Source: the human T2T-CHM13v2.0 reference genome, Homo sapiens
Assembly: GCF_009914755.1 (NCBI RefSeq)
Contig: NC_060946.1
Length of the DNA: 64,000 bases
Reading direction: 5' to 3' (one strand)
Shown here: in pieces, positions 33,563 to 52,734 of the stretch
Layout of the letters: every line of letters starts with the position of its first letter
Numbering within the stretch: the stretch's first letter is position 1
Made by a program: the position numbers and the translations under genes
The notes under the pieces: generated by a model
What the model saw: the letters and a program-made list of their open reading frames with translations, nothing else
What the model was told of the DNA's origin: nothing
The model's database searches: none

Positions 33563-35659
33563 TAAGTGAACTTTCCCGGGCTTGTTTTTCACATGTTCAT
33601 CAAAATAAGCTCAAAGGGTCTTGTCACCCATAAATATCCTAAGACTCCAAAGAATAACTTTTCTATTTCCCTTTGTTTCAGAAAAGCACACCTACAGACA
33701 CCAACAATGGTGGTATAGAGCTCCCACTAATCCCCTCTGCAATTACTCAACGGCGTTTGAGGTAATTTAAGAACACTTTACATACAAAAAAAGATGGTAA
33801 GCGTTTCTTTAGTGTGCTTTCAGGTAATTTGGCAGTGTTAATTCCTATCCCACCAAAAAAAAAAAAAAACAAAAACAGGAAAACAAACCTACCAGTGAAG
33901 GATTAACATTGTTGCTCTCAATCTCATCAGAATACATTTTATAACACTAAAAACCTGACAAAGTGGCAACTTTTAGTCATTCAAACACTCCCCAAAACAA
34001 AAGTTCTGGAGGTACAAAATTTACAGCAACAAGCAAAAAAAAAACAGAACATAAAACCGTGTGCCTCAATAATCCCGAATCTGAAAGTCTCCCCTCCCTT
34101 TAATTCCAATGCATAGGGGCTGTTAATAACACTAGGCGCTGCCATGCTTGCTTCAGGAACAATACTCACAATAATGACCAGGCCCTCAGAAGCTCACAAC
34201 ACTCTTTTCACCTTGAGAAAGGGGCTTTCTTTTCCAAAGATTCAGACATTGTAGCCATTCCCTCCAAGAGGGAATTTGGAGAATGGGCCTCTTCTTGAGA
34301 AACAAAGAAAGAAGAGTTTTTTAATAAAATCCCAAGACAAACCAAAAGTGAGGCAGGGAAGTTCATACACTAAACAGGGCAAGCGCTTCAACATGGAGCG
34401 TGCAGAAAATCTCTAAAGCATCAAGGACTATTTCCCATTTCCTCCCTTTAATAACATCCAGAAAAAGGATCCCTGTCTCCACGTAAGGAGTGAAACTGTG
34501 GAAAATGCTCCTGATTTCTACTGACAGAGGCTTCCTGTATAAAAGATTTTCCTGTGTTTTATAAAGGAAAAGGAGAAAAGAAACAATCTGTGTCATTTTC
34601 CATATACAAGAGGGAAGAGATCTCTCCTCAAAGGTATAGAGTCTTCATTTTCTTGGGAGAGCAAAAGACAGGAAGAATATGGAATCGCCCACTTGGGGGG
34701 GTGGGAAGGATGTGCAGATGGAAGATTTTTTGTCACTACAGTAAGTCAGGGAAGTGGGAGAGGGCATCTCTAACCAGTCAGGAAGAAGTGATACCTTCTG
34801 TGGACAAAGGAAGTGCTGGCGTCTGGCATCAGGTCTCACTTTCTCTTAAGAGCACAGACCTGTTTCCAAAAGCTAAGTCTTTTTTTTACTGATTATTTTC
34901 AGTGAGGCCCTCTTTGTTAATTTGGGAAAGTATTGAACAGCAGGATCTAAGGGGACTGGAAGTGTCTCTTTCTCTAACCCCTAAGTGGGAGGGAGTCTTC
35001 CACTCCAGTGAGAAAGGATGGTTGAACACTTGTGATGGAGGCTGCGAGGGGCATGCATGGAAAAATATGCTTCTCTGTGCAAGATATTAGTTTTCTTTTT
35101 TAACAGATTAAGTAATAGTAATAGCAACAGCTTACCAAAAGCTTACTATATAACTAGTATTTACACAAATGCTCCCTTAGCCCGCATGACAATTCTAAGA
35201 AAACAGAACCCAAATTGGAGATGGACTGAGATTCAGACAAGTTAAACAAATAGTCAAGGTCACAAAGACGTTAAGTGAGAGACCCAGGTTTGCAACGATT
35301 ACACTCCAAAAGCCATGCTCTTAATAATGCAAGGGAAAGGAGCTCACTGCACACCAAGAGGCTTAAAGGGAAGAAGAGAAGCGAGGGTCTCTCTGTGGAC
35401 ATCACGAGGGGAGAGGGAGAAAGGTTGATTTCTGATACCATAAAGTAAAATTTCAAGGTCTTCCTCTCCGTATCTTGGGGTACAGGCGAAAAATAAAGGA
35501 GGAAGGTAAGTCTCTTTCTTACTGGGAAGAAAGATCCCCTCTGTCACTTTCAGGCAAGTTGGGTCTCACTCTTCACCTGGGTGACGCTGACCAAAGTTGG
35601 GGGAAAGGTCTCATTTAGGGGTTATCTTTTACTCCTCCTCAGGATAAGTTCAGAATCCC

Positions 35660-36430
35660 CCTCGAACCCTGGGAGTGGGTCTCCCTCTGCTGACCAACGG
35701 ATGAGCGCTAAGAAAGAGCGTACGCCTCCGATAAGGGGCGTCGTCCTCTCCGAGGAGATAAGTTGGGGGATCCCTGTTGTATCGAGGTTGAAGAGGAGTC
35801 TCTCTCCCGCGTCGGAGCCATGACTCGGAGAAGCCGCTTTTCTCTAGCGACGCGGGGCCTGGTCTCCTCCCTCTCCCTGGGTCGTTCCGCCGCCCACAGG
35901 GCAGCCTTGGTTCCTTTCCGCGCCCCGAGAGGGCGGGGGGCCTGGACTCCCCTTTAGCAGCACCACCCGGCGGAGGGTCCCTTTAGGGCGGAGTGGGGCG
36001 GGGCGGCTACGCCCGAAGCCTTCCAGTCCCGGCCTCTTACCCTGAGACCTCCTCCGCGGCCCGCGCTTGCCCAGCCAGCTCAGCCCCTGCAGCTGCAGCC
36101 CCGTCGTCGCCAGGTCTACCTGAGCCTACGGAGCCGACAGAGGCCGGGGGCGCTCCGGCCGCCGCCACCTCTTCGTCTCTATGGTCCCCCTGCACTTCCT
36201 CATCCGGGGCCCGAGCCAGCCATGCGGACTCGCCCAAATCCCGCCCCCGCACCGCGCGCGCGCACTCCAAGGGAAGGCTCTTCCTGATTCTGACCTCCCG
36301 CCCTCTGCTAGCCCCAGCCTCCCTCAACCCCGCCCCTGCGGCTCAAACTCTTAAAGGGAAACACAACTTTTGGTTCTGCTCCTGCTGAGCCACAGGACCC
36401 AGTGCCGGCCTTCGCTGCTGTCACCCTGTT
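35660..36430 (-). promoter_or_regulatory. PRR14L CpG-island promoter
   Basis: High GC and CpG density, GC boxes (GGGGCGGGG), ETS motif CCGGATGAGGAAGTG (36193-36207, minus), (CG)5 at 36253-36262. Confidence 0.9.
36041..36190 (-). other. PRR14L: PRR14L non-coding exon 1 (TSS end approximate)
   Basis: Strong donor CAGG|gtaaga at 36040 inside a CpG island, just downstream of ETS and GC-box motifs. The 5' boundary cannot be read from sequence. Confidence 0.75.
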
Positions 36431-36589
36431 CCAGTCCACCGTTTTTCTAGTCTGGACGGCTACAATTCTAAGGGCCTGCCTGCTTCCACTCTGGCAGCCC
36501 GAGAGATCTTATTCTACTGGAAAGAGTGTTTTGGGTCATGACACTCCTCTGCTTCTTCTAATCACACTGACCACTAAATAAATGGCACC

Positions 36590-36800
36590 TCTGCCTCCAG
36601 TTGGTTACAGAACCTTGTTTTATTTTCTTCATAGCTTTAACACTAGCTGAAATTTCTATGTCTCATCTCTTTATTGACTTGTTTATCATTTATCTTCCTC
36701 CACCTTGTCTGTTTTGTTCATCACTTAATGCTCAGCACCAAGAGCAGTGTCCGGCACAAAACTAGACGCTCAATGGACATTTGAAGGAAGGAAGAAATGT
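36590..36800 (+). mobile_element. L2 3' fragment (followed by a MIR remnant)
   Basis: ttcttcatagctttaacacta...cttgtctgttttgttcatcac...gtgtccggcacaaaactagacgctcaat...gaaggaaggaa. Confidence 0.6.
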
Positions 36801-36882
36801 TTATCCAGTGGAAGAATTGAGGTCCAGATAATGAAATCGACTTGCCCCAAATAATACGGCTTTGTGTTAAAAAATAGAAATC

Positions 36883-38763
<1,881 letters not shown>

Positions 38764-39949
38764 TTGCAATTACTTAACACTTGCATTATTTACCTAACTT
38801 CTCCTGAGTCCCAACATAAAGGCATCCATGCTTAAGAACGTTGCTTGTCCTGTCCCAGGGTCCCCTTGGTCCACTGCAGAATCTTTCACTACAGTGTAAC
38901 ATGTTTTTTCTTTCAACATTTTTAAGTTTTCCAAATCCGTAAGAAATGGGCACTGTTAGTATTAAAGATATAAAGAAATTTAAGACAAGTGCTGTGTCGT
39001 TTAGATTTAGCAGTCAGTGTGATTAGAAGCAGCAGAGGAGAGGCGTGACCCAAGACACCGATTCTAGTTATAAGGTCTCTCTGGCTTCAAGAGGGGAAGC
39101 AGGGAGTCCCTATCGAGTTGCTGCCGCTCAGGTCAGAAACGGTGGACTGGACTAGGGGGCGGGGGTATCAGTGGCAGCAGGCGGAGCTGGCAATTGTCAG
39201 GAGTCCTTGGCCAGAGCCTGACCCAGCCCACCCAGCTCTCTGGTTTTCTGCTTGGAGAGAAAGATATCCTGACAGACGCGAGTTTAGGCAGTGCCCTGGG
39301 TATGACCAAAGGATGTTGGTTAAAGGCCCCGTTCTGGGAACGGGTCAGGATTCGTCCTTGCTTCCTTCTGAAGGGTTTTGTGTCCTCAGGCTGTTTCCTG
39401 GTTTGTGAAATAGGATAGTATCTGCCTCCTGCATCCATCAGGTAATAGGGATGCAATGATTACATAAGGACTATGAAGCCACGGCAGCCATTCTTATTAA
39501 TAACCTGAGGGGCGCAGAACGTCGTTTAGAGTTTGCAAGGGTTTGAAAAGCCCCCCGTAAGTGGACACTTCCCAGCAGAGGCCATCACCCTAACTCTCGC
39601 GTGCTCAGCCCCTTGCATTTTACAGAAGTCCTCCCAGAAACTCTCGTTGGCGCCTCTTAGCTGCCCAATGAGGCCACATGAGTCATTAACCTCGTTCATA
39701 TAACAGAAAACGGAGCTCTGACGGATCTCGTTTCCCCTGTGGGGAGATCACTGAGTCGGAAACGAAGCTCTGTGGCCATGGATCTACTTCGGATAGACTA
39801 GGAGGAAATGGATTTCCTCCGTGGGGCGGGAGGCTCTAGTGCTCGAGGGCAGGAAACGCCAGGAGGTGGCCCAAGGAAGAGGCCGCACACGACGCCCCGC
39901 CCCCGGCTCGAGCCCCGGATGAGGAAGTGGTGCGGCCACCGAGACGAGA

Positions 39950-40039
39950 CGGAGGCCCGGCGAGAGCGGCGCGGGGGCGCGAGGGCGGGAAGGAGGCGGG
40001 GCCCCGGGGCGGAGCCACCGGAGCGGCGCGGGTTCTCAG
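39950..40039 (+). other. DEPDC5: DEPDC5 candidate non-coding first exon 1a (start approximate)
   Basis: Consensus donor CAG|gtgagc at 40040 within the CpG island. Confidence 0.6.
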
Positions 40040-40079
40040 GTGAGCGCTACACGGTCGGGGCGGGCCTAGTAGGCGCTTC

Positions 40080-40208
40080 AGGCTTAGGGGCGGAAGCAGC
40101 GCGGGCCGCGCGGGCGTAGGCGGGGTATCTGGAGGAGGCGCAGGGAACCTGGAGAGGGTCCAGCCCTCAGTGCCCCGGCCAGAGGCGGGAAGGGGCTCTA
40201 GAGCTTCG
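40080..40208 (+). other. DEPDC5: DEPDC5 candidate non-coding first exon 1b (start approximate)
   Basis: Consensus donor TCG|gtgagt at 40209 within the CpG island. Confidence 0.65.
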
Positions 40209-40264
40209 GTGAGTGGAGCTGCCCGCCCCGGACTGGGGATTGGGGGGGCTTGAGATAGGGGACC

Positions 40265-40370
40265 TTGGCCCAGGTTCGAGTTCCAGGCTCCATCCCCATT
40301 CCGCTGTGTGACCTTGGACAAGTCTCTCTCCCTCTCTGAGCCTCAACGGCCTCAGCTGTGAAACGGAGTC
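40265..40370 (+). mobile_element. MIR at the edge of the DEPDC5 CpG island
   Basis: ggttcgagttccaggctcc...gctgtgtgaccttggacaagtc...ctctctgagcctca...ctgtgaaacgg. Confidence 0.7.
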
Positions 40371-40905
40371 AGGGAAGGTCTGCTGAGAGTTCGCACAGAC
40401 CGAGGTTTGGGGAAGGAACTTCTGCCTTCCTCCTCTTTGTGGTTGCCTTGCTCAGGACATTGGCAGCAAAACGAGAATGGTGGGAGTGTCTCTTAAGTCT
40501 CGAGTGACCTTGAGCAAGTCCCTTGCCCGGAGTCACACTTTCATCATCTACAAAATGAGTGGGCTAACCTCTTTTAAGATCTCTTTACTATTTGGGTGTT
40601 ATTGGTGTAGATGGAGACAAGGTGATGAGCACCCATTCAGCGCAATGCTTCCCCTATGGGGGTGTGATAGAATATCTTCTCCTAGGTTTGACTAGCCCCT
40701 GGCCCGAATTCCCCTTAGTTCCTGGATTCTGTGGTTCTATTTGTTCTCCATCGCTCCTTGTAACTGGAGGAGTGACTTCTTCCGAGAGTCACTTGGCACC
40801 ACTTCACAGCAGAGGAACACCAGTATCTTCACTGGCCTAAAATCAAAGAGTGGTTGCAAGGAAAAATCTGACATTCCAACCTTTTCGTTTGTATTTCTGT
40901 GGCAG

Positions 40906-40965
40906 GGAGGCAAGATGACTTCTCTGCCCCAAGCTTGGAACAGCTAAAGGGAAAAACAGTGCAAG
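40906..40965 (+). other. DEPDC5: DEPDC5 exon 2 5'UTR part (60 nt) containing a uORF
   Basis: Acceptor ttttcgtttgtatttctgtggcag|G with AG at 40904-40905. Confidence 0.88.
40915..40947 (+). promoter_or_regulatory. uORF MTSLPQAWNS* in the DEPDC5 5'UTR
   Basis: ATG at 40915 (caagATGa, A at -3), TAA at 40945-40947, in frame with the main ATG at 40966. Confidence 0.75.
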
Positions 40966-41023
40966 ATGAGAACAACAAAGGTCTACAAACTCGTCATCCA
41001 CAAGAAGGGCTTTGGGGGCAGTG
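40966..41023 (+). CDS. DEPDC5: DEPDC5 exon 2 CDS (MRTTKVYKLVIHKKGFGGS)
   Basis: gcaagATGA start, donor GTG|gtcagt, 58 nt. Recognised as the DEPDC5 N-terminus (GATOR1 subunit). Confidence 0.96.
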
Positions 41024-41893
41024 GTCAGTATCGATTGGTCTTTAGAGGTTTTGTAAGTTGGCTGAGGTTCTGGTGTGTGCAATACCTAGAAATTACACAC
41101 TGACTCGTGTGACAATTGAGGCTAAACAGGCGACTAAACAGACTAAAGCAGCAACTGTCATACAGTAACAATAGGAGGATGGCAGGACCCTTCTAATGCA
41201 TTTGCATTCAGACTTTTAAGGAACATTGTGAATGCTGCCGGTTTACTACCCTTCATTTGTTGAATTGCATTATTAATTACAAATCTTCCGTGTATGTTCC
41301 ATAAAATTCCAGCCTGCACTGGTTTGGCAGATAAGAGAAACTAAAATCGTTTATCAGTTTTTACATTGAGTGAGAGAGAAGTGGCATAGATGTGCATAGA
41401 GCAGGTATGATCAAAGCATGAACCTTTGCCTGGCTTGTAGGCATGGGAAGAAGGAGCAGGATACAGCATGTTATTCTGCACTGAGCTATAGTCTGAGTAT
41501 CTACTCTGCTTCTAATTTTCCTGGTGACCTTGGGCAAGCTCCTAGTGTACCTTATCTGAAAGTTGAAGGGCTTTAGAATAGTTTCTCTTAACATCTATTT
41601 TTTTTCCTTTCTTTTCTTTTCTTTTTTTTTTTGGGACACGGTCCCCCATGTTGCCCAGGCTAGTCTGGAACTCTAGAGCTCAAAAGATCCTTCCACCTCA
41701 ACCTCAACCTCCCTAATAGTTGGGATTACAGGCGTGAGCCACTGTACCCAGCTCTCCTTAGTGCCTTGAATCCATAAATCTGAAGAATAAAAGGGCACTT
41801 AGTATAATTTTTTTTTCTTTTGTAAGGGAATAATTTTCCATTCTGTCTTAACAGCATTATTTACTTCAGAAATTGGAGTTAACAATATAATGA

Positions 41894-42193
<300 letters not shown>

Positions 42194-42669
42194 TAGGATT
42201 ACAGGCAAGAGCCACCGCGCTGGCATGAGTCTTTTTAACATTGTATTTTAGGGTGTATTTACTTCTACATTATGTAGGTATAAGCCTCCAGAGGGGAAGG
42301 ACTGCCAAAAAGGGAAAACAATAGTTTCTCTATCATAGAGCATTGTGAGGCTTAAGTAAAGTGATACATGTAATGCATTTAGCAGAGTGTTAGACTCTGT
42401 GCTCAATAAATGTAGCCATTGTAATTACCAGGCTACAGGCATTGCTATATTTAAACTACAATTTCTGCTAAAATGCACAGTCTATTGTTATTACTTTGAT
42501 GCTGTTGATGTTGCCTAAATATTTGTGGAGTGGAATAAAGCAAATAACTTTTGGCAGAGAAAAGAATACAAGGATACAGTATATACAACGTATACAAATA
42601 CATGTTTTTATGTATAAAATACAAAGGTAGTTAGATGCTGTATCCAGTCTTCTGCAAGACTATAGGTCA

Positions 42670-42963
<294 letters not shown>

Positions 42964-43245
42964 TTAAAAAAATAAAAAATAATAAAAAAAAAAGAAACAA
43001 CCAACAGATATTTATTAGGTGTATACCTGTGCCAGACGTAATGATTATGAATGCCACAAGGTTCTTTGTCCCTAAAGAGTTTTCAGTTTGGTAAGATAGA
43101 CATGCAAAAAGGAAATGATAAAACCAAGCAGAAGGGGATATGTTCTCAGGGACCTTAATTCAGACTATGTAAATTAGGGAGGAAGCTCCAAAGAGCATTT
43201 GTCGTGAAACTGTCAGTGGAAACATAGCAAATAAAATTAGGGATT

Positions 43246-43559
43246 GCTGGGTGCAGTGGTGTATGCCTGTAGTCACAGCTACTCAAGAGGCTGGGACAGG
43301 AGGATCACTTGGGCCCAGGAGTTCCAGACTATAGTACATTATGCTGATTGGGTGTCTGCACTAAGTTCTGCATCAATATAGTGACCTCCCAGGAGTGGGG
43401 GACCACCAGCTTGCCTTAGGAAGTGTGAACCACCTCAGGTTGGGAACAGAGCAGGTCAAAACTCCTGTGCTGATCAGCAGTGGGATTGTCCCTGTAAATA
43501 GCCACTGTACGCCAGCCTAGGCAACAGCAAGACCTTATCTCTAAAAGAAAACAAAAAAA
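43246..43559 (+). pseudogene. Full-length 7SL (SRP RNA) processed pseudogene in DEPDC5 intron 2
   Basis: Alu-domain 5' end followed by the 7SL-specific S domain (gggtgtctgcactaagttctgcatcaatatagtgacctcc...gagcaggtcaaaactcctgtgctgatcagcagtgggat), A-rich tail, degenerate TSD aaaattagggatt / aaaatttgggagt. Confidence 0.92.
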
Positions 43560-43670
43560 TTTGGGAGTAAGCCAATGTTTCATTTTACTAGGCTAAATTT
43601 TTGTTGGGTCTGATTATATTTGAAATCTAGATAAACTTAATTGTCATGATATTAGCATAATTAAAGGTGA

Positions 43671-44111
<441 letters not shown>

Positions 44112-44552
44112 TGAGGTTATTTTCTTACTCCTGTTAGATCTAAAGATTTATTGTGACGGTCACATTAAGACACTGTTTGGGAAATTCTTTGAACATTGAA
44201 TAACTGTAACGAATTGTGCTGTATCTGTGGGAACCAGCCTGTTTTGTTCCTGTTATATGCCAGATACACAATATTTGAGGGGGTAAAAGGCTGTCCAGAA
44301 GCCTAATTCCCAGATACTAAGGGCTGCTCTGCCCCTGGAAGCAGTGCGGTAGTAGAAAGGGCACAGGGTATGGAGACAAAGGTACCTGAGCGCCATCCCA
44401 CTCTGCTGCTGTGTAGCTTGGTGTTCCTGTGTGAATCCATTAGTCATTGTAAGCCTCGTTTCAAAATAGAACCTCATCTGTCAATGGGGTGGCAATACCA
44501 TCCTGATGGGGTTGTGAGGAACCAGTATGAGAACATACAGTGTACCTAATGA

Positions 44553-44678
<126 letters not shown>

Positions 44679-44769
44679 TGAGTGTCTCATAGGATCCATG
44701 GAACTGGGCAATTCACTGTTTCCAAATGATGTCCAAGGCAGATAGCTCTCTTTGCCTTTCAAAATGCTC

Positions 44770-46549
<1,780 letters not shown>

Positions 46550-46701
46550 GAGTTTCTTTGTTTCTGAGGGAGCTTTCTCCCGTTGTTGTGCTGTAAGTCA
46601 CAGAATGGCCAGAGTGACCTATTTGCCTTTTGTCGGGGATGAAGGTTGCTAGGGAGTTACTGTTCACGGTATCCCAACTCTCTTGTTGCTTTCTTTTTCA
46701 G

Positions 46702-46748
46702 CCCTCTGCTTTTGCAGGTCAAGTCTCTTAAGGAAGATTTACAGAAGG
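46702..46748 (+). CDS. DEPDC5: DEPDC5 exon 4 (PLLLQVKSLKEDLQKE)
   Basis: ttctttttcag|C ... AAGG|gtaaga, 47 nt, phases 2/1. Confidence 0.95.
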
Positions 46749-46849
46749 GTAAGAATTATATCACTCTTCTTAGAATTTTTTATTTACTGCCTCAGAAACT
46801 GTAAGAAATCTCTCTTCATAATTTCAAGGGATGAGGGCAAGTAATTCTC

Positions 46850-47530
<681 letters not shown>

Positions 47531-47624
47531 TTCTCTTCTTATCAAACTATGTTGCCACTAAAAAAAAAATTGTAAAGTGACGCTTATAGTCCTAGCTACT
47601 CTGGAGGCTGAGGTGGAAGGATCA

Positions 47625-48173
<549 letters not shown>

Positions 48174-48486
48174 TTAAATGCCTACTCTGGGTGAGTAGGG
48201 ATTGGGGAGGAAGAAATATATATTGATGATCGCCCACCACATTGTGCAAGGTACTATCCTGGGAGCTTTGTGTAATCTAGCATTATCTTCCCAACAACTC
48301 TTGAGTGAGTGAGGAAGTTTATTATCTGCCGGACTATACAGTCTAGGCGTAGCCAGAAGCAGTGATTCCTGCTTACTTATTCTGGATTCAAATCCTTTCT
48401 TTTTCCCTCTAATGGCTATGCCATGCTGTTCAAGGAACCAAAATGTTAATTGAAAGTAAATAAGATACTCTTTTAAATAGTTCTTA

Positions 48487-49273
<787 letters not shown>

Positions 49274-49920
49274 TGATCCGCCCTCCTCGGCCTCCCAAAG
49301 TGCTGGGATTACAGACATGAGCCACCATGCCCGGCCTAATTTTTATATATTTAGTAGAGATGGGGTTTCACCATGTTGGCCAGGCTGGTCTCAAATTCCT
49401 CACCCCAGGTGATCTGCCTGCCTCAACCTCCCAAAGTCCTGGGATTACAGGCGTGAGCCACTGCACCATTGCCCCTGCCTTTTTTTTTTTTCTTTTTCCC
49501 TTTCAGACAGGGCCTCTCTCTGTTGTCCAGACTGGAGTGCAGTGGTGCAGTCACGGCTCACTGCAGCCTCAACCTCCCTGGGTGCAAATGATTCTCCATC
49601 TCCCACCTCCGCCTCCCGAGTAGCTAAGACCCCAGACGCCCAGCCCACAGGATCATGCCTGGCTAATTTTTTTTTTTTTAATTTTTGCTCAGGCTGGTCT
49701 TGAACTCCTGGGCCCAAGCAGTCCTCATGCCTTGGCCTCCTAAAGTGCTAGGATTACAGGCATGAGTCACCATGCCTGGCTATCCACTCATATTTAACAA
49801 TTCAATATTTCAATTTGAGGAGAAAACATTCTATAAAACCTGGCTACTCTGGTTACGCTGCCTATGGGTTATCCCTGCTCTGCAAGGAGCAGTAAAAAAA
49901 AAATTTAAAGTTTTCATTTT

Positions 49921-49992
49921 TATTGTTATGTTGTGTGGTGTTATGTTTTTTATGTTATGTTATGTTATGTTTGTTATGTTATGTTATGTTAT
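49921..49992. repeat. (TGTTA)n pentanucleotide repeat derived from an Alu tail
   Basis: tatgttatgttatgttatg... abutting an antisense Alu. Confidence 0.88.
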
Positions 49993-50358
49993 TTTGAGAT
50001 GGAGTATCCCTCTGTCGCCCAGGCTGGAGTGCAGTGGTGTGATTTTGGCTCACTGCAACTTCCACCTCCTAGGTTCAAGCAATTCTCCTGCCTCTGCCTC
50101 CTGAGTAGCTGGGACTACAGGTGCGCACCACGACACCTGGCTAAATTTTTTTTGTATTTTTAGTAGAGGCGGGGTTTCACCATGTTGGTCAGGCTGGTCT
50201 TGAACTCCTGACCTCATGATCTGCTGAGCCACCACATGCAGCCAATTTAAAGATTTTAAAAGAATTCTATAAAACCTTAATCCTAAGAATGGCCTTCATA
50301 CCTTCCCCTTATCTCCTGCCCCATGTTACGTTTCTTACCAGACTTAAGGGCTCATTGA

Positions 50359-50700
<342 letters not shown>

Positions 50701-51022
50701 TGATCTTCCTGCCTAGACCTCCCAAAGTGCTGAGATTACAGGTGTTAGCCACCATACCCAGCCTCTTCCTTCTTAAATTCTTTATTTTCCCTCCCTTCTC
50801 CCTTTTTCTCTCCATTTTTGTTGATTGCTTAGGCTCTGGTCTTATTTCACCTAAAAAGCAGAGAATTGTTTAAATTCTAAGCTCCTGAAAGGAAGAGACT
50901 GTGTGTTGCCCGTGTCAGATGATCAATTGTGTTGCTTACTGAGTTGAGTGTTTATAGATTAGAATATATGGATCTGCTTTTTCAAAATATGTTATCTGAG
51001 CCAGATATTGTTTCTGTTTTAG

Positions 51023-51108
51023 AAACTATCAGTGTGGACCAGACTGTGACTCAAGTGTTCCGGCTGAGACCTTATCAGGATGTCTATGTTAATGTCGTAG
51101 ACCCTAAG
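51023..51108 (+). CDS. DEPDC5: DEPDC5 exon 5 (TISVDQTVTQVFRLRPYQDVYVNVVDPK)
   Basis: ctgttttag|AA ... AAG|gtatgt, 86 nt. Peptide is visible in ORF 50929..51168. Confidence 0.96.
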
Positions 51109-51359
51109 GTATGTCTTTGTTTTGTACTTGAATATCTTTTTGGAATAAGCACCTTTCCTCAAGGTTAGATTACTAAGGAAACAATGGGTTACTTAAGTGT
51201 AGTGTTAGCCTATTAAATGTGTGGCCTGCTAGGTGTGGTAATTTCAGTACATCAGGAGGCTGAGACAGGAGGATCACTTGAGGCCAGGAGTTCAAGACCA
51301 GCCTGAGCAGCATAGTTAGACCTTGTCTTTATTAAAACTTTCCTTTTTCTTTTTTTTGA

Positions 51360-51461
<102 letters not shown>

Positions 51462-51742
51462 TGAGTAGCTAGGATTACAGGCCTGCACCACCGCACCCAG
51501 CTAATTTTTGTATTTTTGTAGAGACAGGGTTTCACCATATTGGCCAGGCTGTTCTTGAACTCCTGACCTCAGGTGATCCACCTGCCTTGGCCTCCCAGAG
51601 TGCTGGGATTACAGGTAGGAGCTACCGCGTCCTGCCTACTAAAACTTTTCTAAAAGATTAGCTGGGTGTGTTGTATATGCCTGTAGTTCCAACTACGTGA
51701 AAGGCTGCAACAGGAGGATTGCTTGTGCGCTATTGCACTTCA

Positions 51743-52087
<345 letters not shown>

Positions 52088-52632
52088 CTAAATAAATATG
52101 TAGCCTACATGTCATTTAGAATGTAGGCAGTATGTAGGTTGCATTTAAAACCCACCACCACTTTTCTTGAAGCTTGTCCTAACCATTTTCTGTATGTGAA
52201 ACTATATGTAAAACTTTCTATTAAAATACTAACATTTTAAAATGTATTCTCATTTTTCTTCAAGAAGTGATGTTATAATAGATAAAAATTATTGTCCAGA
52301 AAGTACTATTGACATTAATAGGGAAATAAAGTACATAGGTAAGTGTCATGTTTGTGTGCCAGAATCCAGACTAAAATACAGAATGAGTCCCCCACTACCC
52401 ATCACACTCAATGTGCTACAGCAGCTATAGGATCAGTTGTAGATTTACCAACTATACTGAAAAGTGTGCTTTTGCAGGATATAATTCTGTTCATCAGAGT
52501 TCTGCTACTGAATGGTCTTCCAGTAGTTTTCTTTTTTGCAATAAGTTTTTTTCCATGGTAAGTGGGCATTACCTTCTGACTATAAAGTGTGGCAAAGTAA
52601 TGTCAGAGATATCATTTGATTATTCCTTTTAG

Positions 52633-52734
<102 letters not shown>

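Larger units (their letters stand above)
39740..40400 (+). promoter_or_regulatory. DEPDC5 CpG-island promoter
   Basis: High GC and CpG density, multiple GC boxes, ETS motifs CCGGATGAGGAAGTG (39915-39929) and GGCGGAAGC (40089-40097), about 0.7-1 kb upstream of exon 2. Confidence 0.9.

Noticed and set aside
35581-36388. ORFs of 64-131 aa across the PRR14L CpG island
   Set aside because: Stop-codon depletion in GC-rich sequence, non-ATG starts and low-complexity products. Only the spliced near-cognate uORF idea was kept.
39808-40321. 103-aa plus and 161-aa minus ORFs over the DEPDC5 CpG island
   Set aside because: Typical Arg/Gly/Pro-rich CpG-island artefacts that start outside the likely transcripts.
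50929-51168. 79-aa ORF as an independent gene
   Set aside because: It is DEPDC5 exon 5 plus in-frame intron flanks, starting at GTG.
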